From Lepidodermella squamata (Eukaryota > Animalia > Gastrotricha): a stretch of DNA of 64,000 nucleotides. Positions 1 through 12,055 of the stretch are shown piece after piece. Numbering within the stretch: position 1 is the first letter of the stretch; each line of letters begins with the position of its first letter. The notes beneath the pieces are model-generated. The model was not told the DNA's origin. It worked only from the letters and a program-made list of their open reading frames with translations, and did no database searches. The translations under genes and the position numbers were made by a program. Location: assembly GCA_047495785.1 (NCBI GenBank), contig JBLDXI010000025.1:1302001-1366000 (forward strand). Direction: 5' to 3'.

Positions 1-127
1 CTCGGACCACTCCATTAGCGAATCAGGTTTCTAGTACTAGTACTTGTCTGAAAATAGTTTATTTTTCCCAGCGCGAAAAAGTACAAAATTTCAACTGGAC
101 GACATGAATTGAGAGAAAAACATGAAA

Positions 128-682
128 TTAAATATTCTGGCAGTTGTCACGAAACCACAAAGCATTGTCAATAAAATTGACGACTCTGGTCTTGAATTGC
201 TTTAAATTGACATTATTCGGCATTGAAAAGCCCCCTGAATCAGGCGATATTTGACTGGCAATATTGCAAACCGTCCGCAGAGTTCCGTAACACTGAACAA
301 TTTTGTCGAGCATACTGAAGAAAATAGGCGCAATTTGCTGCTGTTTCGAATTTTCACTGTCAATCGAAATGTCATCAACTGATAACCGGCCGCAGTAATT
401 TTTCTTGAACGCATGGGCAACGAAAACGATACCAGGGATAACTTTAGAATATCGTGATTTCTTGCCGCCAGTTAGGGCTTTAGTTACAGCGCTCGATATG
501 ACTAACCGGCTGCGAAGTTGCGAAGTTGACTGCTTCCCAAAAACAGCTGATTCCAGCTTGGTGATGCCATTACTCAAACAAAAATCCGTGGACGAACTTT
601 TGGAGCATTTTGAAGATTGCACGGCGTTAGCTGGTCGCCGCAGCAAGGTGAAAGAGAAAAAGACAAAGGGCAGGAAAATCAT
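128..682 (-). CDS. Secreted 4-Cys helical protein, unknown family, member A
   Basis: Intronless 184-aa ORF with a hydrophobic N-terminus (MIFLPFVFFSFTLL). Motifs VFVAHAFKKNYC, VQCYGTLRTVC and FIDNALWFRDNC align with the ORFs at 1030-1443 and 50709-51147. Confidence 0.75.
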   Translation of the reverse strand: MIFLPFVFFSFTLLRRPANAVQSSKCSKSSSTDFCLSNGITKLESAVFGKQSTSQLRSRLVISSAVTKALTGGKKSRYSKVIPGIVFVAHAFKKNYCGRLSVDDISIDSENSKQQQIAPIFFSMLDKIVQCYGTLRTVCNIASQISPDSGGFSMPNNVNLKQFKTRVVNFIDNALWFRDNCQNI

Positions 683-1029
683 GTCACGTTTTGCGGTTTG
701 AGGCTTAATCCCGTCCGAAGCGCGCCTTATCTCTCATTGTTTGAGGATAAGCTACTTTGTCAGATTATTAGTGATGTTTACGAATTTAATTTTAACCCGA
801 ACCGGCAGCTTTATGCGGATATGTGCGAGCTAATTATAGCCTGGCGATCGGAAATCCTCGAGCATATCAGGCGCCCCCGTTCCGGCAAGCTACTACGCTA
901 GTGCCTTTCATTAACCGAAATTTCGAGAAAATTTTGACTGACAAACCCGAAAGATCATGGCTAATAGAATCAGGAGGGGATTTATTTTGAAAAATACGGA
1001 AATCAACAGACAGAATAATCAGAGTTTAT

Positions 1030-1443
1030 TCACTGCTCCTGAAGACAATGTCCGCTGTACCATACAGCATTTGACGCGAATGAGTCTGCGAATAACCGAT
1101 TCGGCTTATTTTTAACGGCACTTCGCAAAAGTCCATCCGCACTGATGCAAGCTGTGTTGAGAGTTTTGTAGCATTGAACCGCTCGATCGAGTAGGCTTGA
1201 GAACAGTGACTTCATATTTCGAACCATATCAACGACTTCTCGCTCGTCCTTGCCAGAATTCGTGCAGAATTTCATCCGGAAAGAGTGAGCCATGAATATG
1301 GCGCCGGATAGTGACTTCGGGATAACTACAGGTGTTCTCAGGGTGTTAAGCGACATATCTAACAGATTCGGCTCGTCTTGCATCATAACGTTGCACAGAA
1401 CATCTGCCCATGTGAAGGCAGCTAGGAAAAGCGATGTCCTCAT
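1030..1443 (-). CDS. Secreted 4-Cys helical protein, unknown family, member B
   Basis: 137-aa ORF with a signal-like start (MRTSLFLAAFTWADVLC). Motifs IFMAHSFRMKFC, VQCYKTLNTAC and FASNAVWYSGHC are colinear with member A. Confidence 0.75.
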   Translation of the reverse strand: MRTSLFLAAFTWADVLCNVMMQDEPNLLDMSLNTLRTPVVIPKSLSGAIFMAHSFRMKFCTNSGKDEREVVDMVRNMKSLFSSLLDRAVQCYKTLNTACISADGLLRSAVKNKPNRLFADSFASNAVWYSGHCLQEQ

Positions 1444-1717
1444 GATTGGGCTGAGTGAATTATTGACCGAGCTAGTGAATTGCAGACTGAATTACGCTAA
1501 AGTGAGATTTTGCGTGGCTTAAATAGGCTTTGTCTTGCTAATAATCGCCAGATATTTTCGAACTGTCACGAAGTATTTTTTATTTTTAAAAGGCTTTCCG
1601 GTTCGCGAAACGCCCAGAGCTCAAATTGATTTTTCTCTGCGACTTGTCTGTAATAGCGCTTAATGAGAGTTTTATTTCAGACGTACAAAACCTATTCTTT
1701 GTCTGATGTAAATACAA

Positions 1718-2843
1718 TCAGCGCAGTAGACCTAGGCTTCGGCGTTGGCGGAATAGCTTAACCCTAAAATTCCATGAAAAAGTTCAAATTTTCTATAATT
1801 TGACAAAAAGATAAACCTACGATAAATATACGATGATTAGAGTGGCGAGGCCTAATACTGTCCCCAGTATCGCAGCTGCGATTACTGCCCCGTCGTCATG
1901 TGAAGGCGTGATAGTACTTGAAGCAACGTGGTTAGCCGCCGTGGATTCGATCTCAGTAACCTGGTTAGCCGTCGTGGATTCGATCTCGCGGCAGCTTTTC
2001 TCGCCTGTGATCCAGTCTAGTCTATGGTCATTACAGACATCGCCGCAGCACGTGCATATATTAGAATTGTCCTCAGCGTAATAACTCTTTCCGCACAAAT
2101 CAGGCGTGGGCAGGTTTATCGCGCCCCACTCGTAGGCTACGCCTAAGTCCTTCCTAAAAATGACCTTTTTCTACGAAATACAGTGAATGTAATGATTCAC
2201 TCAGCTGTTGAAACCTTACATAGCAAACTTGGTCGTTAGTTAGCGGAATAACGATGACATTTTCTGGAAGAATAGGGCTGTCTGAAGACTACAGGTGAAT
2301 ATAACCACGAAATCAAGTCCTGGAACCAGTACAAATTGAACTCACGTGGTACGACAGGCACGTCTTTTGGATAGCATAGTGCGGCTTATCGTTGCATGAA
2401 TCGTCCAGCGACGCATTATTGCACGTTTCCCCGCAACAGGTACATGTTCGCGTGTACTCGAAACTGAAATTTGACGGATTTAAGCCCCGTTGTACGTTAC
2501 GCTCGAGAGTTTCCTCAATGACATCGCCACATTGGAATTTAGGTATTCCCCGCTCTGCACAGCCCCATTCGAATTCCGATGCTGTAGAATTTTCGCCATC
2601 GATTCTAGTGAATTTCGCTATTTTGCGTTTCTAAAAAGAGCCTTCACTATAAAGTTGTCTATAAACCGCATTTTATACATAGCAGAAGGCGTGTTCTGAG
2701 TTGCAGCTGATTTCGTCTCCGCTAATTGGTAAATCGGAAGTCACACTTGTTGCTTTGTTGCACTTGTTGAGATCGATTTGTATCGCCTCAGCAGAAAGTA
2801 AGAATAACAGCCCTTGCAAGCCTGTAGCAAAGAGCTTTTCCAT
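1718..2843 (-). CDS. Double Ly6/uPAR three-finger-like protein TFD1, type I transmembrane, 5 exons
   Basis: Signal peptide MEKLFATGLQGLLFLLSAEA; two CTCCGxxCN...C domains; Ser/Thr stalk; TM AVIAAAILGTVLGLATLIIVYL; basic tail VKLFRQRRSLGLLR*; GT-AG introns. Confidence 0.8.
1926..1988 (-). repeat. 33-bp coding tandem duplication in the TFD1 stalk (EIESTTANQVT / EIESTAANHVA)
   Basis: Two near-identical ggttagccgycgtggattcgatctc units are visible in the DNA and in the translation. Confidence 0.85.
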
Positions 2844-3098
2844 TTTTGCAGCATGAAATATTTTATAGAAGTGTAGTGACTGATTTTTTAGATAAGGAAA
2901 TGACCACCTGCCAATTACCGATAAGCAAGTTGGGTAATTACATATGCATTAGAGACTTGTGATAATTGTTTTCTTACTTTCATCGTGGACGAGAACGGGG
3001 CAAGCTTGAAGCCTTCATGGTAATGATGTGGGATTTCATAAAATAAGGAATGGCTGTTATTTTATAAAAAAGCAAATTAGTATGGCCAAGTTTAGCTT

Positions 3099-3140
3099 TA
3101 TTCATACTATAATATCAGTATTCATACTATAATATCAGTA
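3099..3140. repeat. Perfect 20-bp tandem duplication overlapping the TFD2 stop codon
   Basis: ttcatactataatatcagta occurs twice in tandem. Confidence 0.85.
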
Positions 3141-4494
3141 ACTACGACCATTTAGCCCACGATTAACCAGTGCTAAAGTCTCGATGCCACCTCGTTTGAT
3201 TACATATAGCCGATAGCTAATAGTAAAAAGTAATCTCGTTAAAGTAATCATGATTAAATAAAAAGTTACCTTAAATATGCTATAATAAGGAGGGCTATGC
3301 CTAGGAAAGCTCCTAGCACTCCTCCAACCACTGCAGCTGTCGAATCACCTCCACTTTCTTCAGTCGTCGTAGTCAACACTTTTGTCGTCGTTGTAACATC
3401 CGGATTAGTTGCAGTTGTTCCAGGCTCTGGCGAAGTTGTAGTTCCTTCCGTGGGAACAATAGGAGTTGTTGGTTCTTCAGTTGATGCTGTTGCTTGCGTG
3501 GAAGCACTTGGAGTTGTTGGCTCGACAGTTGTTGGCTCGACAGTTGTTGTTGTTCCTTCTGTTGAAGTTGTTTGCTCGTCAAAGCATTTCGAGCTGTTAA
3601 CCGTGATCGAATTCAGAATATCTCCGTTGCAGAGAGAGCCGCAGCATGAACACAGTTTACCACTGTAGTTTTCATCAGCCGCATCGTAGCTGAACGGGCA
3701 TAACTGGTTCGGAAGAAGCGATAAACCCGCCCATTCGTATTCAATTACGCCATTGACAACGCGACTAATTTTCTGTATATTCAATTCAATAATAATTGGT
3801 GAAAGGATTGAATTTCGAAACCAACCGTGCATTGCTCAATGTCGGTTACGGGCACTTGAATCGATCTATCTGGATCCAAGTCGGGATTAGTAGATGATCC
3901 AGGCTATGAAGAGAAACGGATACAGGCCCAATAATATACTTCATGATCGATTTTCGTACCCTGTTGTAGTAGGAGTAGCACATTTTCCCGCTAAATTTCG
4001 GCTCTTCATTGCAGCTCGAATCATACTTGGCGTCATTGCACAAGTCTGCGCAGCAAGTGCATGTTTGGGTGTTGGCATAACTGAAAAAATCCACGGCAAC
4101 TCTACCGCCTCGACTCGAGAAAATTATTTCGCCACAATCATTCTGGTAGAAATCCTTCACTGGCCAATTATCACTTGAGCAGTCCCATACATAGTACGTC
4201 GATTGCTTTGTCGAGTTACCGGCGAAAATCTGCGTCTCAACTACCCTAGCTTTCTTTGAGAATTTATTAAAGAAATTCCTTCAAAAATTACATTTTTATG
4301 GAAACTTTTACCAAGCAGAATGCAGACGGGTCATCACAATTCACATTGGTGGCATCAGCAGGTAATGAGCCGTTGTTCTCGTTAACCGCTTTGTAGCATG
4401 TCAAGCCATGAACTGAACAGCCTAAGCATCCAATGAGAAAAATGGTTCTAAAGCTTAACTCGAACCACATCGTGAATTTTTCAGAGTTTACCAT
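3135..4494 (-). CDS. Double three-finger-like protein TFD2, type I transmembrane with mucin-like Thr-rich stalk
   Basis: ORF pieces 4288-4494 (signal, LTCY...FCL), 3846-4160 (CTCCADLCN) and 3266-3832 (CSCCGSLCN, Thr-rich stalk, TM). Last exon reads YRLYVIKRGG...GRSY*. Confidence 0.8.
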
Positions 4495-6510
4495 TTTATC
4501 AATGAAACAGAGAATTATGCTGCTCCATTATCTTCCCGGTTATCCATATCGCTATCTCAATGACAAGAAGGATCTTATCACATCCACTAATAAACTATAG
4601 AATGTAGTTTAAGCCCCTACTACAGGAGTTCTTATTTTTCAAGAATATCTGGCAAAAAATAACCGACCTATACCTAAAATTCGAAATTTGTAAAATATCG
4701 AATTGTCAAAGCTACTCGACCTATATTTCTGGGGACAATTCTATATTTGTCAACGAACGATCCGGTGATCACTTATGGTTTATATAACTCTATTTTTACA
4801 TTTTTATATTAAACCGGGAATACCAGTGGGTCTATTTCATCTGCTCACTTAAAAATGATTTTTCATTGTGAAATTACATTTTCTTTTATTTTCAGCGTGT
4901 AACGGAAAAAAGAATGATCTCAAAAATAAACTAATTTGTTATTTCAGCTGGTGGCTAAGGAGGATAAGACGCACTTAAAAATTGAACAAAACTGAACAAA
5001 AACCACTCTTCGATAAAGTGAATGCATTGTCAAGGCGGTGTTAAAAGGCGGTCTGATTGGTTTAAATTCTAGTAGCCGACATCGCAAAGTATTACTCTTC
5101 AGAAAGGCGATAAAAAATACATCAAATTGAAATTACGGTACACTGTCAAAGTTCAAAGTCGTCCTCGCCTCCATGAAAGGGTTGAGAGTGGTCTCAGAAC
5201 TGCGCTTTGACAGCACTTGTGTTGTTGTCAGCAATATCAGCATCAGGCTAGTTTTAATTTTCTCACGTTGACATAGTACCTACGCCATATCATGCTCACT
5301 AATAAAATTTGAGATTAACTTGTTAACTTTATGATTGAACTTTATGATTTTTTCGCGATCGCCTCTCCTCTTCTCCTGTGGAAGTCAGTTTTTTGGCCTA
5401 ATTACATAAGTAGAATCAGGAATATCATTAGGCGACTTGCACGCAACAACAATTTGCGGGAAATAGGAAACAAATAGCGTAATGCATTTGATGACTTGAA
5501 ATCTATTAGCTGTTGCATCATTTCAAATGGCAGCTGTTAGGAGGCACCTAACTATTTTGCTAAATAAGGCGCGAGAAGGTGAATTTTTCAACCTGGGGAA
5601 GACTAGTAGTTAGTGACTTCAATCGCAAAAGGAAGGCGTCAGCATACAGGCAGTTTGCGGCATAAAAAATGCGGCTATTGGCAGATTGCAAACTAAAGTA
5701 GGTTTTGACAGTTTTTGTAACATGAATGTTGTCTCCAGTCTCGAGAGATATGGTTAAAACTAGCTTTCCAGTGTCAAAAAATAATTGGAATTAATTAATT
5801 GTGTAATTAATGAAATTTCAATTTTTTAAACGTCAATGATCAAAAACTGCTGAGAATTCATTTAATAAAGCAAAAGATCGGCATGATGCTGTGTAAAGAT
5901 GTGTTGACTTCGTTGATCTTGATTAAGATGATTGCCAAAAATGTAATGAGATGATTCATTGGTCGAGTTGGACTTTGGACCTCATTAAAAATATCACGCT
6001 TTTTCTGATTTTCTGCAAACCGCGGCGTTCTATATTACGTCTCTTGACTATGGAAGGATCGTAAGCGTCCGACCTTTACTAGTATCTATGGACGGCATGC
6101 CAGATGGCCGTTGACGTCGTGGCATGGCTGACAGCTGTTGCTGTCATATCTACCAGCAGCAGCTCGTTCGGGGCATGGGCCGGGCTGGTGTTGCTTGAAT
6201 AGCCGGCGTAGCCGTGTGCCCCGTGGAGATTAATCAGATAAGGGCTAAATTCACTGCTGTTGTTGTTTTCAAACCAATCTTCGCGCGTTGTTTCACGAAT
6301 TGCTCCATTTTCGCGTTTTTCGTAAAAATATCAGCCGCCATTTCGTCAGTAGCACAACACTCAATTTTCACTAGATTTCACCTTGATTTCACCAACTTAT
6401 TTGCAATAATTTCGATCAGGATATGGAGCTTGCTACCAGTCCCCCTCCGACACTCGGTTCGGTTTGGCATCAATTATATTTACATCACGCCCGGTGAATT
6501 TGGGTGCACC

Positions 6511-6661
6511 GGAGTGAATTTTAGGTTAGAGCGTTTATAGCCGCACATCAGGATGTATGTTTAATAGCTATTCGTAGATCCTGATGTATGTGGAGTGAAT
6601 TTTATTTTAGAGCGCTTATAGCCGTACACCAGAATGTATGTGTAAAGTTTATTCGTACATT
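6511..6661. repeat. Imperfect tandem duplication of about 80 bp
   Basis: Two copies of ggagtgaattttaNNttagagcgNttatagccgNacaNcag...tattcgta. Confidence 0.7.
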
Positions 6662-7243
6662 AATAGTTTTATCCATGTTATTCTTGAGAATTAAGCAAAC
6701 AAGTTTGGGAAATTATTACTCATATTACTGTTCTTTTGAGTAAGATGCGGAATCCAGCTACACCATTTAGAAAGTGCCATGGAATGATAATCGGTGAAAT
6801 AAACTGCATAGGCCGTATTATTTTGCCTTTATTCCCGGTCCACCCGTGTCCAACCCAAAAAGTGGGAACCAAAAGTCGATTTATGTAGAATTTTCATATA
6901 AAACGATTCTTCGTCAGTTGAAGAATTCAACAGTCGAAGTTCCATAGCCATAGCTCTCACACCTGGGCAGCAAGTTCAGTCGCTAAATATCATGTACCAC
7001 TATTCAATCTGTTTATTTTATTGTCAGTTTATTCCTTCTCATTTTCGAATGCAAGTCCGAATCCAAAAAAGGGGGGGGTGTTCCATCTTTCATGACACTA
7101 ATCTCAAAAAACCCATGTCTCATCTCCCATAAGTTTTTATACTCAAATAGAAGAGAAGATTGAGAATAAGGTTTTAAAAGAGAAAACAGCGAGAACCACA
7201 GCAAATTATCCACGACTTTTTCGTCCTGATTAGCAATCACACT

Positions 7244-7422
7244 TTAAGGTCAAAGTCGAGTTTTGGAGCCGTGCTATTCTGAGACCTCACACTGCGGTGG
7301 CTCCCGCATATTTGTTCTATTTATAGAAGTTGGCATTCTATTCAACTTGTTACACGTGAAATAAGAGATGTAAAGTGTAAAGTCTCAGAATAGAACGGCT
7401 CCAAAACTCGATTTCAGCTTAA
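7244..7422. mobile_element. Short MITE-like element with about 45-bp imperfect TIRs, flanked by TTAA
   Basis: Left arm ttaaggtcaaagtcgagttttggagccgtgctattctgagac; the reverse complement of the right arm is ttaagctgaaatcgagttttggagccgttctattctgagac. TTAA at both ends (Kolobok/piggyBac-type TSD). Confidence 0.7.
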
Positions 7423-7565
7423 TCGAGTTTTTTTAATTAAATGAGCACCCATGAATTATAATCACAACTCCAGTTTCCTATGATTCAAATACCGTAACTG
7501 GAAGGTAAACGTGTAACATCTTTTACTACTACTATTAGGATATGTTCATTAAAAATTAACGCAGC

Positions 7566-8669
7566 ATGGGAAATAGAGTATCTAACGCCGTGAAGAAGGC
7601 TGCAAGTTTCATACCTTTTGGTGGAGCGATCGGCGCTGCTGCTGGAGGAGCAGGATCAATAGCTGGGTCAGCAGTGGGAGCAGTAAGTGGGTTTCTCGTT
7701 GGATTATTTGATAGCGTGGAGGCCGACAGTAAACAAATTCCTCAACATGCGTTGGTAAGGCTATTTTTGCGTCCGTGACAATCAATCTCATTATATGAAT
7801 AGAATACCGAAGCTAATAACATGCGAGGAAATCAACGAAATTCCCAAGACTACGATCTAAAAAAGGCAGAAGCTCGTGCGCTCGCTAGAGCAATCCGCCT
7901 GGGAATGAATACGAAAACCGACTTCAACATAGCAGTCGCTGGTCTTTCCGGCGCTGGAAAGTCTGCCTTGGTGAATGCACTCCAAGGCAAAAATGTAGCC
8001 AAAGAAGATGTTGTTGAATGCACTTCCGAACCTACGGCGTACGACCTAGAAATTGGTAAAACCCTGCCTGTTCATTTATGGGATGTTCCTGGAAGTAGTA
8101 CACCCAGTAACCCAGCTGCCGAATACTATCAAGACAAATGTCTGTTCTATATGGATTGCTTGATAATTGTATATCAGAGATCAATTTTGGAGTCTGATGT
8201 CTCATTTGCGCGACAAGCAAGGGAAAACAAACAACAAGTCTGCTTTGTTAGAACCCGGGCGGATCAGGACGCCGATAACATTGCTGATGCAAAATATGAT
8301 TCTCCCGATGGCTACAAAGCGCTCGCAACATCGCAGCGTCGGGAAATTTGTACGGAACTTGGACAAAAAGCCGAGAAGCAATTCCACGATAATATTAGTC
8401 GATTCACAGAACTGGATGGTGTTCAGCATTTTTACGTAAGCAAGAGGAGAATGATGGAAGTAAGGAAAGACAGCTATTTGCTTCCGGCGGTATTTTTTGG
8501 CGAGGAAGAATCTACTGCAAACAAACGATATGAAAGCAATTTCCCGGAAATGGATGAATTGCGGATGCTGAGATGGATCATTGAAAGTGTGAGCGAGACA
8601 CGCAATGTCCGACTGAAGTTGAACAGTGACATCTTAAATAAATTGGGTCGCTGGTTTAAGCTGATTTAA
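7566..8669 (+). CDS. Immunity-related GTPase (IRG/IIGP-like), 2 exons (7566-7754, 7803-8669)
   Basis: NIAVAGLSGAGKSALVNAL (G1), LWDVPG (G3), FVRTRAD (G4), and V(E)CT.EPT.Y typical of the IIGP family. MGNRVS N-terminus. A 48-bp phase-0 GT-AG intron joins the two ORFs in frame. Confidence 0.85.
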
Positions 8670-9623
8670 GAACTGGACTGATCAATGAATCGCTTGATTG
8701 TCTACCCGATTGACCAAAAAATTGTTTCCAACAGTTAATTATTGCCGAGTTATTACCGATATCGTATTATATTTTATATTCAATATTCATGTAAACTGTC
8801 GATATCAAAATGCTTGTGTTCCCCTGTGAAACCGTTAACCATATGAGCCTATACAAATAAAACCACGAAATGCCAAAATAAGATTGTGCATGTGTGAGTT
8901 CAAACAATCTGACAGTTCAGGACTTCATTCTTGCAGAATATCCGTTTTTAATTTCAGACTGGTTTTCAAGATTGGTTCCACGTAGGAATACACCTTCCGT
9001 ATTTGGTGAAAATGCACGCGAAGAAGGGCTGCGTATTTTTTCATCCCCATGAAATACGCCATTTCATAGATTAGAGTGATTCCCGTTCTTCCAACAACGA
9101 CCACCCAACCGCGCGGTTTCCCAATAATTAATCTCAAGTGCACACCCTCCCAACCAATGCTCCCAACCTCAGCATTTAATTAAAATTAAATTAATTTTCC
9201 CAGTCACCGGCGAAGTAACGTGGTCATTTTACCCATCAGTTCTAACTATACTACTGCAGCCCCGCCTCGCAAAAATCAGCCGAGTGGTGCTCAAGCTGTC
9301 TGAAATGCTTTTTATTTCTCACCCACGTTGATTGCCCAGGCTAGTTGGGTTATTCAACAATGAAAATAGCCTGTAAAGATCTGAATTTTAGCAATTTTGG
9401 CTGGATCATCATTTAGGTAAGTAAGGCAGCACAATCGATTGCTTTCTTAGGGCCATTTTCAAGGTTTCAAGGCCTGGCTCTGTCTAATGCGTGAGTTTTT
9501 ATGTTTGAGTTTGAAGCCCATAGGTTTATCCAGTATGAGTATCATCGAAAGACTGGCACCGATTTGTACCTTGCATATCGTCACTTTTACTGCGCGTATT
9601 TACGACCGCAATTATTGCCTTAT

Positions 9624-11475
9624 TCAGCCGAAAGGAAAACCAAAGAAAAGTGTTGACTGCGTGGTAGTAGTTAGCTGGCCGCACGTCGGCAGCGCGACAT
9701 CGTATGTTTTCATGGCGATGCATTTGACCTTGCCGGTAACGCCCGCTGGAAATTTCTTGCCAGCATCACACGCGCACGTGAAAGATTCACCGACACTGAC
9801 GAAATCATCTTCGTTTTCGCGACCATCAACCTCACAATATCCGCCGGAGATTTCACTCGGGAAAGCGCAGACTGGTTTCGCGGTTGTTGAGCTGAAGGTG
9901 CACGATGGTCTGCTACCATCCCACGTGTCCATGCCCTTGCAGGTCAACGTGACGGTTGCACCGTTTTGCCCATTGGTTAGATAACCTCTGTCGCAGCCGC
10001 ATATAGCTTTCTCTCCAACATCGAAATCAGTCGCGCCATCGTTTAGTGCCGACATGCAGTAGCCATTGGTCAGAGTGTCCAAAGCAGAAAGAGTACAGAA
10101 AGGTTTCAGTGTGGTGGTAATCTTCACACACTTCGGCAGCACACCAGAAAATGTCCTGGTTGATTGACACTTCAGAACTCGATCCCCTGTGAACAGGTAG
10201 TCATCTTCATCGTTACATGCACAAGAAACCTTAAAGGTTGAAGGCAGAAATTGAATTGTATGAAAGTTGTTAACATCATTTGAAATACCGTTCGCCCGAT
10301 GTCAACATCGTTATCGTCATCGCCTTCCTCGGCGTGGCAGACGCCTCCGACAAACGTGGGAGCCTTGCCGCAGCCGGCAGCACGAGTGGTTGTGGCGACC
10401 CTGACGCAGGTTGGGTATTTGGACCAGGCGCCATTGGTCTGACAGGTAATCGTGGGATTTCCAGACATCTGGAAGCCAGGATTGCACTGGAATGAATAAG
10501 GATTAGTACAAGCGAATATTTCAGCCCATTAGCCTACTGTGAATGTAACAGCCTCTCCGATTCTAAAGATCTGTTTGTTGTCGGCGCCGCCGATACAGTT
10601 GCTTCCATCGCAGCCGGTATTGGGAACGTCCTTCGGCCTTGCGCATGTAGGAGCCAGGGTGGTTGTAGTTATAGGCTTGCAGGTGGGAACATTGGAGAAT
10701 CTAAGGTTTAAAAATGGGTATAAACTTAAGTTGCCTTGAAAATTGACGAAAAATACCTGTCATTTCCGATGCATCTAGCCCGTGCGCTCGTTGGCCACAA
10801 AGCGTCACGACGTTTACGACCAGACAGTGTTGCTGTAGCGCTGACGAAGTATCCAGAGTTGCACATGCAAGAAACTTCCTCATTCAACGCGATGCGTGGA
10901 TTCGTGGTGTTAATTCTTGAGCAGGTACCGTAAGCGACTAAAGGTAATTTTGCGCAGCCCGGGAATATTGTAGTGGTTGTGATAATGGGTTTGCAGGTCG
11001 GCGGGTTCAGCCAAGTGTTCCATTCTTTACAAGTCGGGTTCAGTACCCCAGTTGAGCGCGTGTAGCCGGTCTGACAGGAGCAGGTAGCTTGGTCTCTAAC
11101 TCTGAAGTATTTTCCACCCAATTTCGCGCCAATGCATGAGCCGAAAGGCACCGTTGGGGGCGAGCAGATCATCTCACAAGTTGGGCTCTGGGTCCAAGTA
11201 CCATTGGCCTGGCATGTGACCTGAATCGGACCAGTGAAAACCCAGCTGGAGTTGATTGGCTTGTAATAGACAACGGTATTGGGGTCGTAGAGCTGCAGGT
11301 CCTTGACTTCGCTGGTTTTGACAAGGAAGGAAGCAGCGCTAGAGTCAGCCCATGGCTTAGTTGAGCAGTTGCCACAGTAGACAAAGGGCGGATTGCCGCA
11401 CTGGCGGCCATTGACAGAACTGAGGAAGAAACAAGCTACGCCCAGAAGGGCGAAGGAGAGAACAGCTTTCAACAT
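9624..11475 (-). CDS. Secreted multi-Sushi/CCP protein (7 modules with Thr-rich linkers), 4 exons
   Basis: Signal peptide MLKAVLSFALLGVACFFLSSVNG; repeated C..P...G.C...CxC..G(Y/F)...C....W....P.C modules; three short GT-AG introns join the ORF pieces in frame. Confidence 0.85.
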
Positions 11476-11976
11476 CGGTAAGACTGACTTGGTTTCTAAT
11501 CTACTCGGCAGCCCCTATATGTATTCTGAATTCGCATGAAAGCGGACGCTATTGCACGATATTTCATGCATACTAGAAATTATATTATCCTTATAACTGA
11601 TGGCAGTGAACTTTCTTTCGGCAAAAAATAAGCGGCGGCAGAGTTTTAAAGCACAACCAGGGAAGCTCACTTCTAACGTGGCGAACCGATGCCTTATACT
11701 GCTCAAGAAAAGCCTTGTTTCCTCAAAACAAGTTACGTGCTTATAAATGAAAGCTCACTGATGTTGCAGTTGCGGATGTGCCGCTTCCCGACGTCGATGC
11801 TGAGTGCTAATGGCAGGTTTATCAGCTATGCCTTCTCATTCTTGGGCACGAAAGCGAATTCCCTGCTCGTAGATACACGAAATCTGAATAGGTAGTGCTC
11901 GCGGATTGCGACTTGCGACAACTGTGGCAGCTATCTCATGACAGAGGATGTAACGCGCTACACGAGTGCTCGAAAA

Positions 11977-12055
11977 GTGTCGTACCCGGGGATTGAACCC
12001 GGGCTGCCTTTCTGAGAAGGCACGGCTCTAACCTTTGAGCCACCATGGCCGACAC
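11977..12055 (-). tRNA. tRNA-Glu(CTC)-derived pseudo-tRNA or SINE head
   Basis: A box TGGCTCAAAGG, D stem GCTC/GAGC, loop TT-CTC-AG, T arm CCGGG-TTCAATC-CCCGG, then TTTT. The canonical 7-bp acceptor and anticodon stems do not pair, so it is probably not a functional tRNA. Confidence 0.6.

Noticed and set aside
3297-3668. Plus-strand Val-rich ORF (also 43315-43738, 48901-49116, 46187-46634)
   Set aside because: Antisense shadows of Thr/Ala-rich coding stalks on the minus strand.
4900-6500. Possible gene or transposon remnant in the long gap before the IRG gene, including ORF 6214-6540 and a short ctatggaa/ttccatag inverted match
   Set aside because: No recognisable protein motif or consistent splice model; the 8-bp inverted match is too short to call TIRs.
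8925-9143. 72-aa minus-strand ORF between the IRG and CCP genes
   Set aside because: Non-ATG start, no motif and no supporting exons.
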